Source: the human T2T-CHM13v2.0 reference genome, Homo sapiens. From it: a DNA stretch of 64,000 nucleotides. Every line of letters starts with the position of its first letter. The first letter of the stretch is position 1. The stretch is taken from assembly GCF_009914755.1 (NCBI RefSeq), contig NC_060947.1; one strand, written 5' to 3'. The position numbers and the translations under genes were made by a program. The notes under the pieces are model-generated. The model did no database searches. It had not been told where the DNA came from and saw only the letters and a program-made list of their open reading frames with translations. Below are positions 15,701 to 27,783 of this stretch, piece after piece.

Positions 15701-16479
15701 CCTCCTCCGGCACTGATCAACTGTTTGTAGGCCAAAAGGCGCCACCATGCCCAGCACCAAATGGGCCACACAGGCAAAGGTTGACCACATTCTGGCCCAT
15801 GTCATGGTGGGATACCCTGCAATTTCTTCTGGAGCCAGAGGAGATAACCTTTTAAGGAGCAGCTAAAAGACATTTCCCCAACCCCACCTTGGGAAGACAG
15901 GCTCTTGGCCACTTCTCTTCCATCTATCTCTCTACTTTGAGGGGAATACAGGCCCTTCTACATCTTGCCCCTTTAGGATACAGCTTCAGGCTTCTGTGTG
16001 TCTCTATAAAGCAGCCTGGCTGTAGGTTAGAGGTAGGACCTCAGCAGAGGGGCTACCCCTAGCTCACAGTATCTGTCACCTGGCCCCCCTGGTTTTGTGT
16101 TGTCAGGTGGGACTTGAGCCTTGGGGAGCTGGCACCATACTGACTATACTTTTGCTGTCTGTGTAAGTCATACACTCTCAGAATCCATCTTGGCTCATCA
16201 CCTCCTTATTGACCAAATCCATTAGACAGTGGCAAGCAAAGCTAGCAGGGGCTGCCACACTGCTGCTTAGGGGTTGTATGGCCACTTGGCTTGGTTTCAC
16301 CTATGCTTCTGCATCCTGCTGTGTTAACTGACCCCAGTGCCTGCAAGGATGCTCTGTTGCCAGGCCAACTTGGGAGGACACGGTTGTACAGAACCTCCTC
16401 CCAGTGATGTAGCCACAAGTCCCTTTTGCTGTTCCTAAATGGTTTGTAAACTTTTTCCACATTTCTGTAGGTCAGGGTT

Positions 16480-17010
16480 CTCCTGTAACCGTAATAAGTC
16501 CATTGCCCCATGCATGTGGCAAGTCACTGCCCCGAGACACCAGGTTGCAGCAGAGAAAGAGGTTTAATCATGGGGCTGCCAAATGAGGAGATGAGAGGAA
16601 ACCTTCAATCCATCTCTCCAAGGAGTTTGGGGCTAGGGGCTTTAAGGATTTTGGAGTGGGCCGAAGCATGGAGATCACTGATTGGTAGAAGAGTGCAGGG
16701 TGAAGTCATGGGACAGGGCGATGAAGAAGCTGTGTTCTCACGCTGATTGGGTTCCTCTGTGGGGATCTTCAAACTGGTTGGCCTCAGCTGTTTCACTGGA
16801 ATTCAGGATCTGCTGAAGCAATTCTTAAACAGAAGCCTCTGATTCTAACATCAGAGATCCTTTCGATAGGAACAACGGAGATGCAAATGGTCAGGATCTA
16901 GTGCTATGGGGCTCGTGGTTACAAGGAAGTGGGTGCAAGTGCAGCCTGAGGATTGCTGAATGATGACTCTCTTTCTGTCCGGAATTCTTGGGAACCCTGT
17001 GAGGATGGCT
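16480..17010 (-). mobile_element. ERV1 (MER4-group) LTR-like sequence; boundaries approximate
   Basis: Antisense LTR-type sequence (gagacaccaggttgcagcagagaaagaggtttaat ... gagtttggggctaggggctttaagg). Confidence 0.5.
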
Positions 17011-17984
17011 TCCTGCCCTGAGTAGCCCCAGAACTCTTGTGGAGCATCCACTAGGAATGTATGAGGTAAAGGGGTTGATTTTATTAGATCCTCATATTGC
17101 TCCAGGTTTATGAGTCACTACTTGTCCTCAAATGCAGTCAATACAAAGGTATTTCCTTAAGAAAAAACAGTGGGCTCATCAAGTCAACACCACACTGTAT
17201 TTCATCAAAGAGAGCCTTCCTTACACATTGACAGCATGTGAACTTCCCCCTGACTCAAAATACCCATAAAGTCCTCTGAGCAAACCCAGAAGCAGGAACA
17301 CGGTTAAGGAAGGTATTCAGATCTCTCAGTAGAGTATTTTCCTGTGGCCCTGTAAGCCCTTTCCTAGCTATAGCTTTAAAATAAATAAATAAAAGCCCTA
17401 GCTTTCTTAGCCAACTGTCACTCTGTCATATGTTTTCAGCTGTGGCTTTTGCCACAATTGAACTCAAATTCATCTTTAATGATAACATTTCTATACTTTT
17501 GCAAAGTATAACCCAGATGTGATACATTGAGAATAAAAAGCAGATGTTTTCTTCAGAGCCTGAATATGCTCCTCTCATAAAACATATCTGTTCATAAATG
17601 TCTGAGGCTAGATGATGATTTATTGTAGCTGAGCTTTTTGTGCCCCACCAAAAGAAAGCCTAGAAGCAAAGGTGTGGGAGTTTACCAGCTGTCCTGATGG
17701 AACAAGAGAGAACCCATTCATGTCTTCATCACTATTTTGCCAAAGGACAGTTTTTCTAATCACGCTATGTTGAGTTTATTGCAAACAAGGTTGTAATTTC
17801 CTAGTTCCTCTCTTCAGGATCACAAGTTACTAAGGAAAAAAAGAAATGAAAATTTTAAAACCCTAGGGAGCAACTTTACCCCATCTGTAACTGCAGAATA
17901 CTTGGAAAGAAAAAAAATGAAGGTTTATTGTACACACGAACGAGGCTGCAATCTGTGAAAGTTGTGAGAATGAAGTGGGGGTGA

Positions 17985-18392
17985 CTAGTGTTAAGAAAAT
18001 CCTGGCAAACAGAGCCAGGGAAAACCATGGAGACGGTTCACATGCTTGTAGGTCTGATAACAAAAACTATCACAAAAGGCTGCAAAAACCACAACCTTGC
18101 ACAAATGTCATCGCAACCTTGCAGAAAAAGTACTTCTATAAGGACATCTGCCAAACAACTCCCTGACCAAACTCGGACTGGTGTCACCTTTGTTACTGAT
18201 TTTTATAGCCAAAGATAATTATTTCAAAACAATTATATCATTCTCATCATTTTTCTGTTTAAAAACCTTTGTCTTCTTTTACCTCCCTGAATAGGCGTAT
18301 AGTTTACTATGGCATGTGTGTTTCTATTGCAATGCCCTGTTCACAAATAAACATCTTTTCTTTTGGAGAGACTCTCTGTTATTTAGGTTGAC
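17985..18392 (+). mobile_element. ERV1 solo-LTR-like element
   Basis: TG...CA ends (tgttaag ... ttatttaggttgaca) with AATAAA near the 3' end. Confidence 0.5.
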
Positions 18393-18709
18393 AAAGTAAA
18401 ATGTAGTTTTCACTATTTTGACTTCATGGCATTTCCTTTAAGTCTCAGGCTCACCAGTGCATGTTTATATGGAACGAAAAAAAAAAAAACTATTATTTGA
18501 ACAGACAGTGCCGCCATAAGAATGTGGGATTTAACGATGGTGCATTCTAACTTCTTGAGGGCCTGAGTTTAACATTGATTCCAGTGTGCTGAGATTCCTT
18601 TGTCTTTGGGAATGACCTGCTTGTGTTCGGGTGGGAGAATCCAAGGGCCACTTTATAGAAACAGAGATTCCCCAAGTTCATGGAGACTTTAATATTAACC
18701 AGTCCTAAA

Positions 18710-18940
18710 TCCATAGAGACAGAATCCAAAGATTAGTGGTTGCCAGGGGCTGGGAGAAGGGAAGATTGGAGGGTGATTACTAATGGGCTTTCTTTTCGAG
18801 GTGATGGAGATGTTCTGGAATTAGATAGTGGTGATGGTGATACTTGTACACCCTTGTGAATATACTAAAAACTAGTGAATAGTTATACTTTAAAGTGGTG
18901 AATTTTGGACTACGTGCAATATCTCAATAAAAATGAATTA
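18710..18940 (+). mobile_element. Old L1M 3' end fragment
   Basis: gattagtggttgccaggggctggg ... tgttctggaattagatagtggtgatgg ... atctcaataaaa. Confidence 0.65.
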
Positions 18941-19554
18941 AAAAGTCAGTACTATGTCAAATTTCTTTTGTGTGCATGTGTGCACACAAACGTGTCACCA
19001 GCCAGTCTACGCATTCATATGGTAATGCTCACATCAGCACCCTTGCCATGGGATTGTCCAACTTTTTACAAATACCGCCAGGAGAGAGCAAGGCACCACC
19101 TTTCAAAGCAGCCCCTTCCATCTTCGAATGACTCTCGTTGTTAGAAAACAATTCCACTGGCCAGCTGAAATAGGCTTTGCTGTGGCTTTCACTCATTGGC
19201 ACTGATGTTATAAACTTAGAGCTTGAGAAAATGACTTTATGAATCTTTACGAAAAAGGCTCCTTAGGAACAACATTCCTATTACTCCTGGATCATCTCTT
19301 CTCCAGATTAAATAACCTCAGTGTCATCAACCACACACCCTGCAACTTGGTGTTGAATCATATTTCTCATCACTCTCCTCAAAGTGTGTCCAGTTCATCC
19401 AGGTTTTTTCAGTAGTGTGGTGTCTTGAGCTGCAAGAAGTACTCCTGAAGTCATCTGATGCAGCTCTTCAAGAAGCAAAACCCAAGTCCCCAACAGCTCC
19501 CCTGACATTGTGGTGAACACCAAGAAGCTATAAGATCAGATGTCTTCTCTCAAG

Positions 19555-19710
19555 TAGGGCTGCCAGATAAAATATAGAACTCTCAGTTTAATGTGAATTT
19601 CAGGTAAACAGTGAAACTTTTTTTGTATAATTGTGTCCCAGAGACTGCATGGGACACGCTTATACTAAAGAAGTATTTGTTGTGTATCTGAAATTCACGT
19701 TTATTTGAGT
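19555..19710. mobile_element. MER53-like hAT MITE
   Basis: agggctgccagataaaata...tgaatttcag start with an inverted counterpart tatctgaaattcac. Confidence 0.5.
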
Positions 19711-19734
19711 ACCTCGTACTTTTTGGGTTGACTT

Positions 19735-20440
19735 TATTTTTTAGTATGGGTTTGGATTCACAGCAAAGTTGAGCAGTAAGTACGTAAGGTTCTCAGGTAC
19801 CCCCTTCCTCAACAAATCCCCATGCATACTTTCAATATTCCATATCAGACTGGTACATTTCTTACCATTGATGAGCCAATACTGATACACCATTATAACC
19901 TGAAGTCCATAGTTTACATTAGGGTTCACAATGACAAATGTATAATGACGAGTATCCACCATCGTAGTATCACACACAGAATTTGGGCTGCCCTGAAAAT
20001 CGTCTGCATGCCACCAATTAATCCTTTCCTGTCCCCAACCCCTGTAAACATTAATCATCTTACTGTCACCATACTTTTGCCTTTTCCATAATGTCATCTA
20101 TATAGCAGGAATCATACACCATGCAGCCTTTTCAGATTGGCTTTTTTCTTTTAGCAATATGAATTTCAGGTTCCTTCTGATCATTTCATGGCTTGCTAGA
20201 TCATTTCTTACAATTGCTGAATGGTATTCCATTGTATGAATGTGCCACAATTTGTTTAGGCACTCGCCCATTGAAGGACATCTTAGTTGCTTCCAAATTT
20301 TGGTAATGATAGATAAAGCTGCTTAAACATTTGCATACAAGTTTTTGTGTGGAAATAAATTTTCAAATCATTTGGGTAATTACCAAAGAGTGCAATTGTT
20401 AGATCATATGGCACATCTATATTTAGTTTTGTAAGACTAT
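19735..20440 (-). mobile_element. Old L1MC-like fragment
   Basis: Antisense L1M 3' UTR motifs (ttcagattggcttttttc, gaaggacatcttagttgcttccaaattttgg). Confidence 0.65.
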
Positions 20441-22080
20441 GCTTAGTTTTGCAACATTTGGCAACCCTATTCTCAATGAGTTGCACCTCTTTTGAAGAGG
20501 CAAAGAACAAGCATTTCTTCAATGAGAAAAGGCTGTAAAGGACATCTGAAACTCGTGTTCACTCATTCATTCATTCATTCATTTGATATTTATTGAGCAC
20601 AGTCATGTGCTAGACCCTGGAAATACAGACATATGTAATGGAAAAAATTCATGCTGTGAAACAAACCAAAGCAACATAAGAAGGGCAGTAGGAAAGGCTC
20701 CCAATATGCAAGTGACAGAACGAAGAAAAGATGGAGGAATTTTCCCTGCAGTGGCTTCAAGAGAGGCTCAGAGAGGTATGAACTAGCAATGTAACACATT
20801 TATCCAATCAACATCTTTTACCTCTCTTCTACACTGGGTCTGAGGACACAGCTATCGTGAAACAGGTGACCCTGCCCAGGATCCTACAGAAAAACAACTA
20901 AAGCATGTTTGTGCAACTCAGAACTACAAGCTCTTCCTCATGATTTGGACAATAGAAGCCTTCAAAGAGCGGTTCTTTTTCCTATATTTTCCTTCCCTTC
21001 TCTTAATGGAGAATTCCTTCTTCCACCCTAAAAAGGAAACACGACCATCAGTTTCCCAAATATGAAGAGGGAAATGCATGTGTGTGTTAACAGTGGTTAC
21101 CACCTAGTGGAATTTTAAGCTTTTGTTAAAGGATTTTCCCCCTAACGATTGCAATTTTCTAAGTTGAGTAAACATTTAGTACTTCAGTTACTATTGTAGT
21201 ATGTGAGATTTTTTGTGTCTTGGGTCCAACGTACTAGTTAGGTATTTCTTTATAGGCTTTTTAAGATTTACAGGTGTACCTGATCAAAAGTAGGTGCAAG
21301 GATCTGAGATGTTTTTTACTGCATAATTTATTCCGTGTGTACCCAGAGGCCAAGCACTTGGCAAATGACCAAAAGATAGAATTTAAAAAGTCAGAATAGC
21401 TCATGCAGGAAATAAGTAGCTGGCAGATAAAGAAAAATGTCAAATTTATGCTTTAATGGCAATGTCAATTATCTAGAAGGGACATTTATCAGTTCAACAA
21501 GAATTGATTTTCTTCACTCTCAGCTCCTATGAACAAGTCTTCACTTTCTGAAAGGTAGGAATGTCTGCTCCAGTAATTAATTTGTTTATGGTAACTAGTA
21601 CATTGTGAGAATCTCTATAAGGCATCTTTCTCTGGCACTTATTTTATCTTGATCCTGGATGGAAGATAATGATAACCAAGTGACCTGTTTGTTGACTAGG
21701 GCACACTTAAAAGCAGGTATGAATATTTGATTTAACGTATATTAGCAGGACATCGATGCAAGTGTTGTGTGAGTACTGAGACAGGTAGGCAAGTGGCGGG
21801 GTGAACTTCACTCCTTAAAATAGTGAGCTCAAGAGACGTGAACTACCTAAGCTGTCTGATTTTTTTCCATGTGCTCTTTTAAAATGATATATAGCAAAAG
21901 ATATTTAACTGCTTAATTAGTGAAAATCTGGCAACAAACGATGTCTGGTTAATTCATGGAAAATGGGAAGTTAGAATATATTTCAAGATACTGTTTGAAT
22001 TAGGCAAATAAAGTTAATTCTTGTGTTTTCATAAACACAGAGTTTGGAGAATTGCTGTCTATTCAGCATTTATTATTTCT

Positions 22081-22388
<308 letters not shown>

Positions 22389-22779
22389 AGCATTTATTAT
22401 TTCAATTATTTAGTACACATGTATTGTGCACCTTCTGTATTGCTGGGAACACACCAGGCTCCAAAAATATAACTAGGACTATGATAAGATTTTTACTCTC
22501 AGGGGTAAGAGTTAAGTAAATAACAGCCACAATATGGGGTTTGAAAGGTACAGAACCACTAAAAGAGAGGAAAAGGGACAGAATTTTGTTTGAGAACAAA
22601 CAGATTCCAGAAGAGGTGAAGAATAAGGTGATCTTTGACACAAAGCTTAAAAGATTAAGTAGGCACTTGCCATACATAGATGAAAGAAAGTGTAGCAGAC
22701 AAAGAATAGACCAGTCATGATTATTAACTATCAACTAGTCAATTTTTATCACTTAATGGCTATTTATTCCTGGACACAA

Positions 22780-23110
22780 TTGATCTCAGGGAGGTAATGA
22801 GTAGAATGGTAGCTACCAGGGGCTGGAAACAGTAGCAGGGATGACCCGGAAAAAGCAATGCTGGACAGTGGGCACAAACATACATTTAAAGAGAAGAAAT
22901 AAGTTCCAGTATTAAATAGCACAGATGAGTAACTCTAGTTATCCTGTATTTCAAAATACCTAGAAGAGATTTGCAATGTTCTCAACACACACAAAAAAAG
23001 ATAAAATTTGAGGTGATAATATCCTAACTATCCTGATTTGATCCTTCCATATTCATGTATCAAAATATCACATTTATCCCATACACATTTGCAACTAATA
23101 CATATCAGTG
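22780..23110 (+). mobile_element. L1MA 3' end fragment
   Basis: gtagaatggtagctaccaggggctgg ... atcaaaatatcacatttatccc. Confidence 0.6.
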
Positions 23111-24304
23111 AAAATCATGAAGGTATTGGTAACTAATAGCTAACATTAATTCAACATGTACCATGTGTCTAACCTTCTCACCATCATTGTTTCCTCTGAC
23201 ACTCACAGTAACCCTCTGACACAGATACCATCATCACTGTCTGTTTTACAAATAAATAAGAATTGATTTCAGTGTGCTTTGGATGAGCAGTGCTGAGCGA
23301 GCCTTGATTTGCCTGGATAAGAATGCAATGCACTGTCTGGTTCTGGTTCAATTTCATATCTCAGAGCTTATGTACTGTGAGTGCAATAAATCAGGTGTGT
23401 GCACAGAGATCAGGGAAGAGTTAAGTTCCTCCTAAGGAGTGAGTAGAGTATTTTGTGATTTGACTTGATCACCTTAATTTAGATATCTTCACGAAGATAT
23501 GAACCTATCAATCCAAAATGAAATTTTAACTAACATCAGGCAGATGAGATGGCCATTTCCCTCCGGTGTCAGGAGAACTCCTCTCCAAGAGGCAGAGACA
23601 AGAGACTCTGTTTCTCCTGGGTTTCAGTTGCTAAAGGAAAGGACTTGCCACTGGTTTGTAGGCAAACTTCCTTGGGAGACCTCTAAATTTTGTTCAATGC
23701 GTTATTGCTCTAAGGATATATTTAGTGCTTTGTGACTGTACATTTCAACATTCAGCTGTCGAGTGAGACAATATTAAGAGACATGATGCTCTTGATATCA
23801 GCCATTCTTCGAAGCAGGTGTTTATTATGGAACAAAAGAAAATATATGCTTCAATCTAGAATTTAAAAGCACTAACTACAATTTTTCAAGCATATGTATG
23901 TAAATAAAAGTTATTTGTCTTACCATTTTCAGGAGAAAAGTGAATCTTTACACTTGTTTTAGTGTGATTGATTTCTGGTATTCGAACCTAAAATTTAATG
24001 GTCACAAAAAAAGAATAAATTAAATGTTCTCTTTATGAAAAGTAAAATAGGGGCTATAGCACAGGTGATGTGAGAAAAATAGTCACTAAAAAAATAGTAA
24101 CCAAGAGTGCACCCTGAAATAATCTATGGAATTGGGGTGATAATGATCTGTTGATGTAAGTTCATGGAGTGTAAGAAAGGCACCACTCTGGTGGGGGATA
24201 TGAATAGCAGAGAACGGTATGGCAGGAGAACAGGTGGTAAATGAGAAATCTCTAGACCTTCAGATCAATTTGTTGTGAACTAAAAACAATTCTAAAAACA
24301 AAAG

Positions 24305-24498
24305 TCATATATATGTGTTTGTGCATCTATCTACACATATATGTATATATGTACACGTAGATATACATATATATGTACATGTAGATATACATATATAAGT
24401 ATGCATACATGTGTATGCATATATACACATATATACACACAGAGACACACACATATATATATACACACATTTATACACACACATGCATATATACACAC
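24305..24498. repeat. (TA/CA)n compound microsatellite
   Basis: Alternating purine-pyrimidine tract. Confidence 0.9.
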
Positions 24499-24553
24499 CC
24501 CTAATAACTTTTAAGGGCAAAGACTTTCTTCCCTTCAGAATATCTGCCAAAGG

Positions 24554-27145
24554 GACTTCAAGTACACAGTTACTTATTCGAGGTAGTAAGGGGTGGCATA
24601 AATATCAACTGTTCCACACTAAGTACATTGTGACCTAATTATCGTCCTTCCACTATATAGTTAGATAGGCCAGTATGTGTAATGGAACTCTCACATGGAC
24701 TGCTGCAGTGCTTATTTTGCCTCTGTAACTACTGAAAGAAGTCTCAAATATGAATCTTCTTAGAAACTTGAAACAGTACTTAGGCTTATATACCAACACA
24801 TGTGTTGGGTAAAAGGAAAATCCTTTATGAAAATGCAACTTTAGGAATTAAATGCTCCCTATAAGGACCCACTTATTCCTGTATAAGTGATTGCAGGCAG
24901 AAAAACAGAATCTGAATGAACTTGTTTTTTTTCTTAAGCTTGGAAAATCTTGAAAAGGTAAGAATGGTATATAGGGACCAATTAAAATGAAAAGCACAAG
25001 GAAAAATGAGAGGAAGTCCCTCTTCTACTCCCCCAATGGGAGTATTGTGTTTTGAATGATTCATGAATGGAATTTCAGAAACTCAGCAAAAAAATACATT
25101 TAACTGACTTACTCCAAATATATTCTGAATTATATATTTACTAAATAAAGCATTTGGAAATGAATATTTTGTATGCTGTTACATATAAAAACTGCACATT
25201 ACAAAAGGAAAGGTAGGAGAATTCATCACTTAAGTTTTTAGATGCATGTATACTTAAACTTCCACATACTCCACAAATATTAAACTTGAAAAACAAAGCA
25301 CTCTACATAATTTACCTTGCTATAGATGTGAAATAATTGTAAGCGTATATAAATGTTAACGAAATACTTTCAATCAGTGCTAAGGGGAGATATCATTGAA
25401 TGGTGGACCAAAACAAACTACATGGCAATTTGATGTCTTTGTGGAAATAACATACCTACAAGCCAGTGGCTCAACACTGATATTAATATATCTTGCACAG
25501 TTGTCTTAATCATTTATTAGTTTAACTTTTTCAAAAACACAGATGTTAAGGTGCTAGTAAAAATTTTGATAAGGCCATAGAGTATACCTATTTTTTGAAG
25601 TCATACTTTGCCAAGACCAGATCAGTTGGGGAGACCCTAACCCAGTGGCGCTAGAGGAATTAAAGACACACACACACAGAAATATAGAGGTGTGAAGTGG
25701 GAAACCAGGGGTCTCAGAGTCTTCAGACTTGAGAGTCCTGAACAGAGATTTACCCATGTATTTATTAACAGCAAACCAGTCATTAGCATCATTTCTATAG
25801 ATGTTAAATTAACTAAAAGTATCCCTTATGGGAAACGAAGAGATGGGCCAAATTAAAGGAATAGGTTGGGCTAGTTAACTGCAGCAGGAGCATGTCCTTA
25901 AGGCACAGATTGCTCATGCTATTGTTTGTGGCTTAAGAATGCCTTTAAGTGGTTTTCTGCCCTGGGCAGACCAGGTATTCCTTGCCCTCATTCCCGTAAA
26001 CCCACAACCTTCCAGCTTGGGTGTTAGGGCCATTATGAACATGTTACAGTGCTGCAGAGATTTTGTTTATGGTCAGTTTTGGGGCCAGTTTATGGCCAGA
26101 TTTTGGGGGTCCTGCTCCCAACAATACTTTCATTGGAATTGCTTCTTAAACCTACTGATAAATAAAGAAGAATGCACAGATAAAATAGGTTTTGTCTTCT
26201 TTTATTAGAGACAAATGTACTTTTCCATGCCCATGCTTTCTACAGTTTTGGAACTGATACAGATCCACAGTGGCCAAACCTAAAACTAAATTATTTTTAA
26301 TGTTGAAATTTAATTGACCATGTATATAACTGTGCAATTGCTGCTTTCTCTTAGAACTGTCTAGGGTTCATTCAACAGATTGCAGAAACAAGGTCTAACG
26401 TGTGGTTTTGTGTAACTGAAGTTATGCTTGTATCATATAACATAGGTTAAGGTTTTTTCTTCAATCATCAGAATAACAGAGATTGAAGAGACAACTGCAT
26501 AAGTGCCAACTCTTGCTGCAGCTGTTTCAAAAAAAAAAAGAAATTTAAGTAATTGTGATAACATTTTTGCAAATAAAATATTCCAGTGCTTACATCAATC
26601 CTGAGTTACTAAGATTAAATATGCATTACTTACAGTCTCTGACACAGTTTTACTTTGGAAAACAGTGATTTCTTTTTTAAGTTGACTTCCTTCACCAAAA
26701 AGAGTTCTTTCATCATACTTTTCCAAGTTCTTGATACTCTAAAACAAAATGGCTAGGTCACTGACAAACCACCACTTTACATCTCTCATTTTAAACAGAG
26801 TAAATTAAATGTCAAAAGGAAACAATTTTTGGTGTTCAAAGGATGCTAGTTATTTATTACAAGTTTAAAAACTGTAATCAATACATGGAGCTCCAAATAC
26901 CCACCTAAATTTTTTAATGCCAGATTTCAGTGAAATATTATAGCAGGTCCAAAGGTCAAGTACTTTGCTTGGAAAAAAATGGGTTGATGAACATCTTAAG
27001 GTCAAAATGGAGCAAAGGCAGAAAAAAGCTAGCAGTCCGATATTATGAAATACCACATTTGTTCATCTGGTAGTCACCCATTTATAATCATAAATAGTCC
27101 ATTTAACATGGTTTCCATTGAAGGGATAAAATGGCCTGTGATATT
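24554..27145 (-). pseudogene. Duplicated FAM9/SYCP3-like gene 3' end (paralog of 48338-50885) with intact last two coding exons, 26634-26738 and 26468-26521
   Basis: Colinear similarity to the FAM9A 3' region (e.g. gacttcaagtacacagtt at 24554 and 48338; gaagggataaaatgg at 27120 and 50861). Exons encode SIKNLEKYDERTLFGEGSQLKKEITVFQSKTVSET and LQQELALMQLSLQSLLF*; AATAAA at 26201-26206. Confidence 0.88.
25609..26123 (-). mobile_element. MER9 (HERV-K HML-3) solo LTR
   Basis: Minus strand TGTTGGGAGCAGGACCCCCAAAATCTGGCCATAAACTGGCCCCAAAAC...CA; 6-bp TSD ATACTT (25603-25608 and 26124-26129); empty site in the FAM9A copy at ~49505. Confidence 0.88.
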
Positions 27146-27783
27146 CAAGCGACATGGCTCATATGAGGCAATATCCAAGGTTTGTTGCCTCATGCCAAGG
27201 AAATCAAGGACATGAACCGACACAAGGAGTGAGTTTAAGAGTGGAAGTTTAATAGGAAAAAGGAAGAGAAAACAGAATAGCCCTCCCTCCTGCAGAAAGA
27301 GAGGGGCACCTGAGTGGGTCTTCCAGTTTTGTGGTGGAGTGCATAGGGTTCTATAGACTAACTTGAGGAGGCAATGTCTGATTTACATAGAGCCCAAAGA
27401 TTGGTTGGACCAGGTGTGATGTTTTCATAGCACACAAAGAACCTTGCCGCCCCACCCTAATCTTTTTTATTGTGCAAATGTGTTTGCTACTTGGTGGCTC
27501 CATGTTGTCTGCTCCCTTCTGCACACGCGATTTGCAAGGAAAAGGAAAGATGGGGCCACCATGTTGGATATGCCTAGCCCCCAGATAGCCTTTTCCTATT
27601 GGCACAGCTGCCATTATGCAAGCTTTCAGCTTTCTTATCTATGTCTGCAGCTCGATCTTAGAGGCTGGTCTTTATTAGAAAAGAAAGGATTTGGGGACTG
27701 CTTTTTATTAAAAGGGAAACCTTACTGAGGACTTCCTTACCCTGACTATCTGCCTAAATAATTTCTTTTTAATTCCTATACTA
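27146..27783 (-). mobile_element. MER50-like ERV1 LTR (3' LTR)
   Basis: Minus strand begins TAGTATAGGAATTAAAAAGAAATTATTTAGGCAGATAG, like the MER50 consensus start as recalled; preceded by a polypurine tract (AGGGGGAAA); left boundary approximate. Confidence 0.75.

Noticed and set aside
8800-16400. Repeat-poor stretches that might hold ANOS1 enhancers or lncRNA exons
   Set aside because: No sequence-only evidence; needs conservation or chromatin data.
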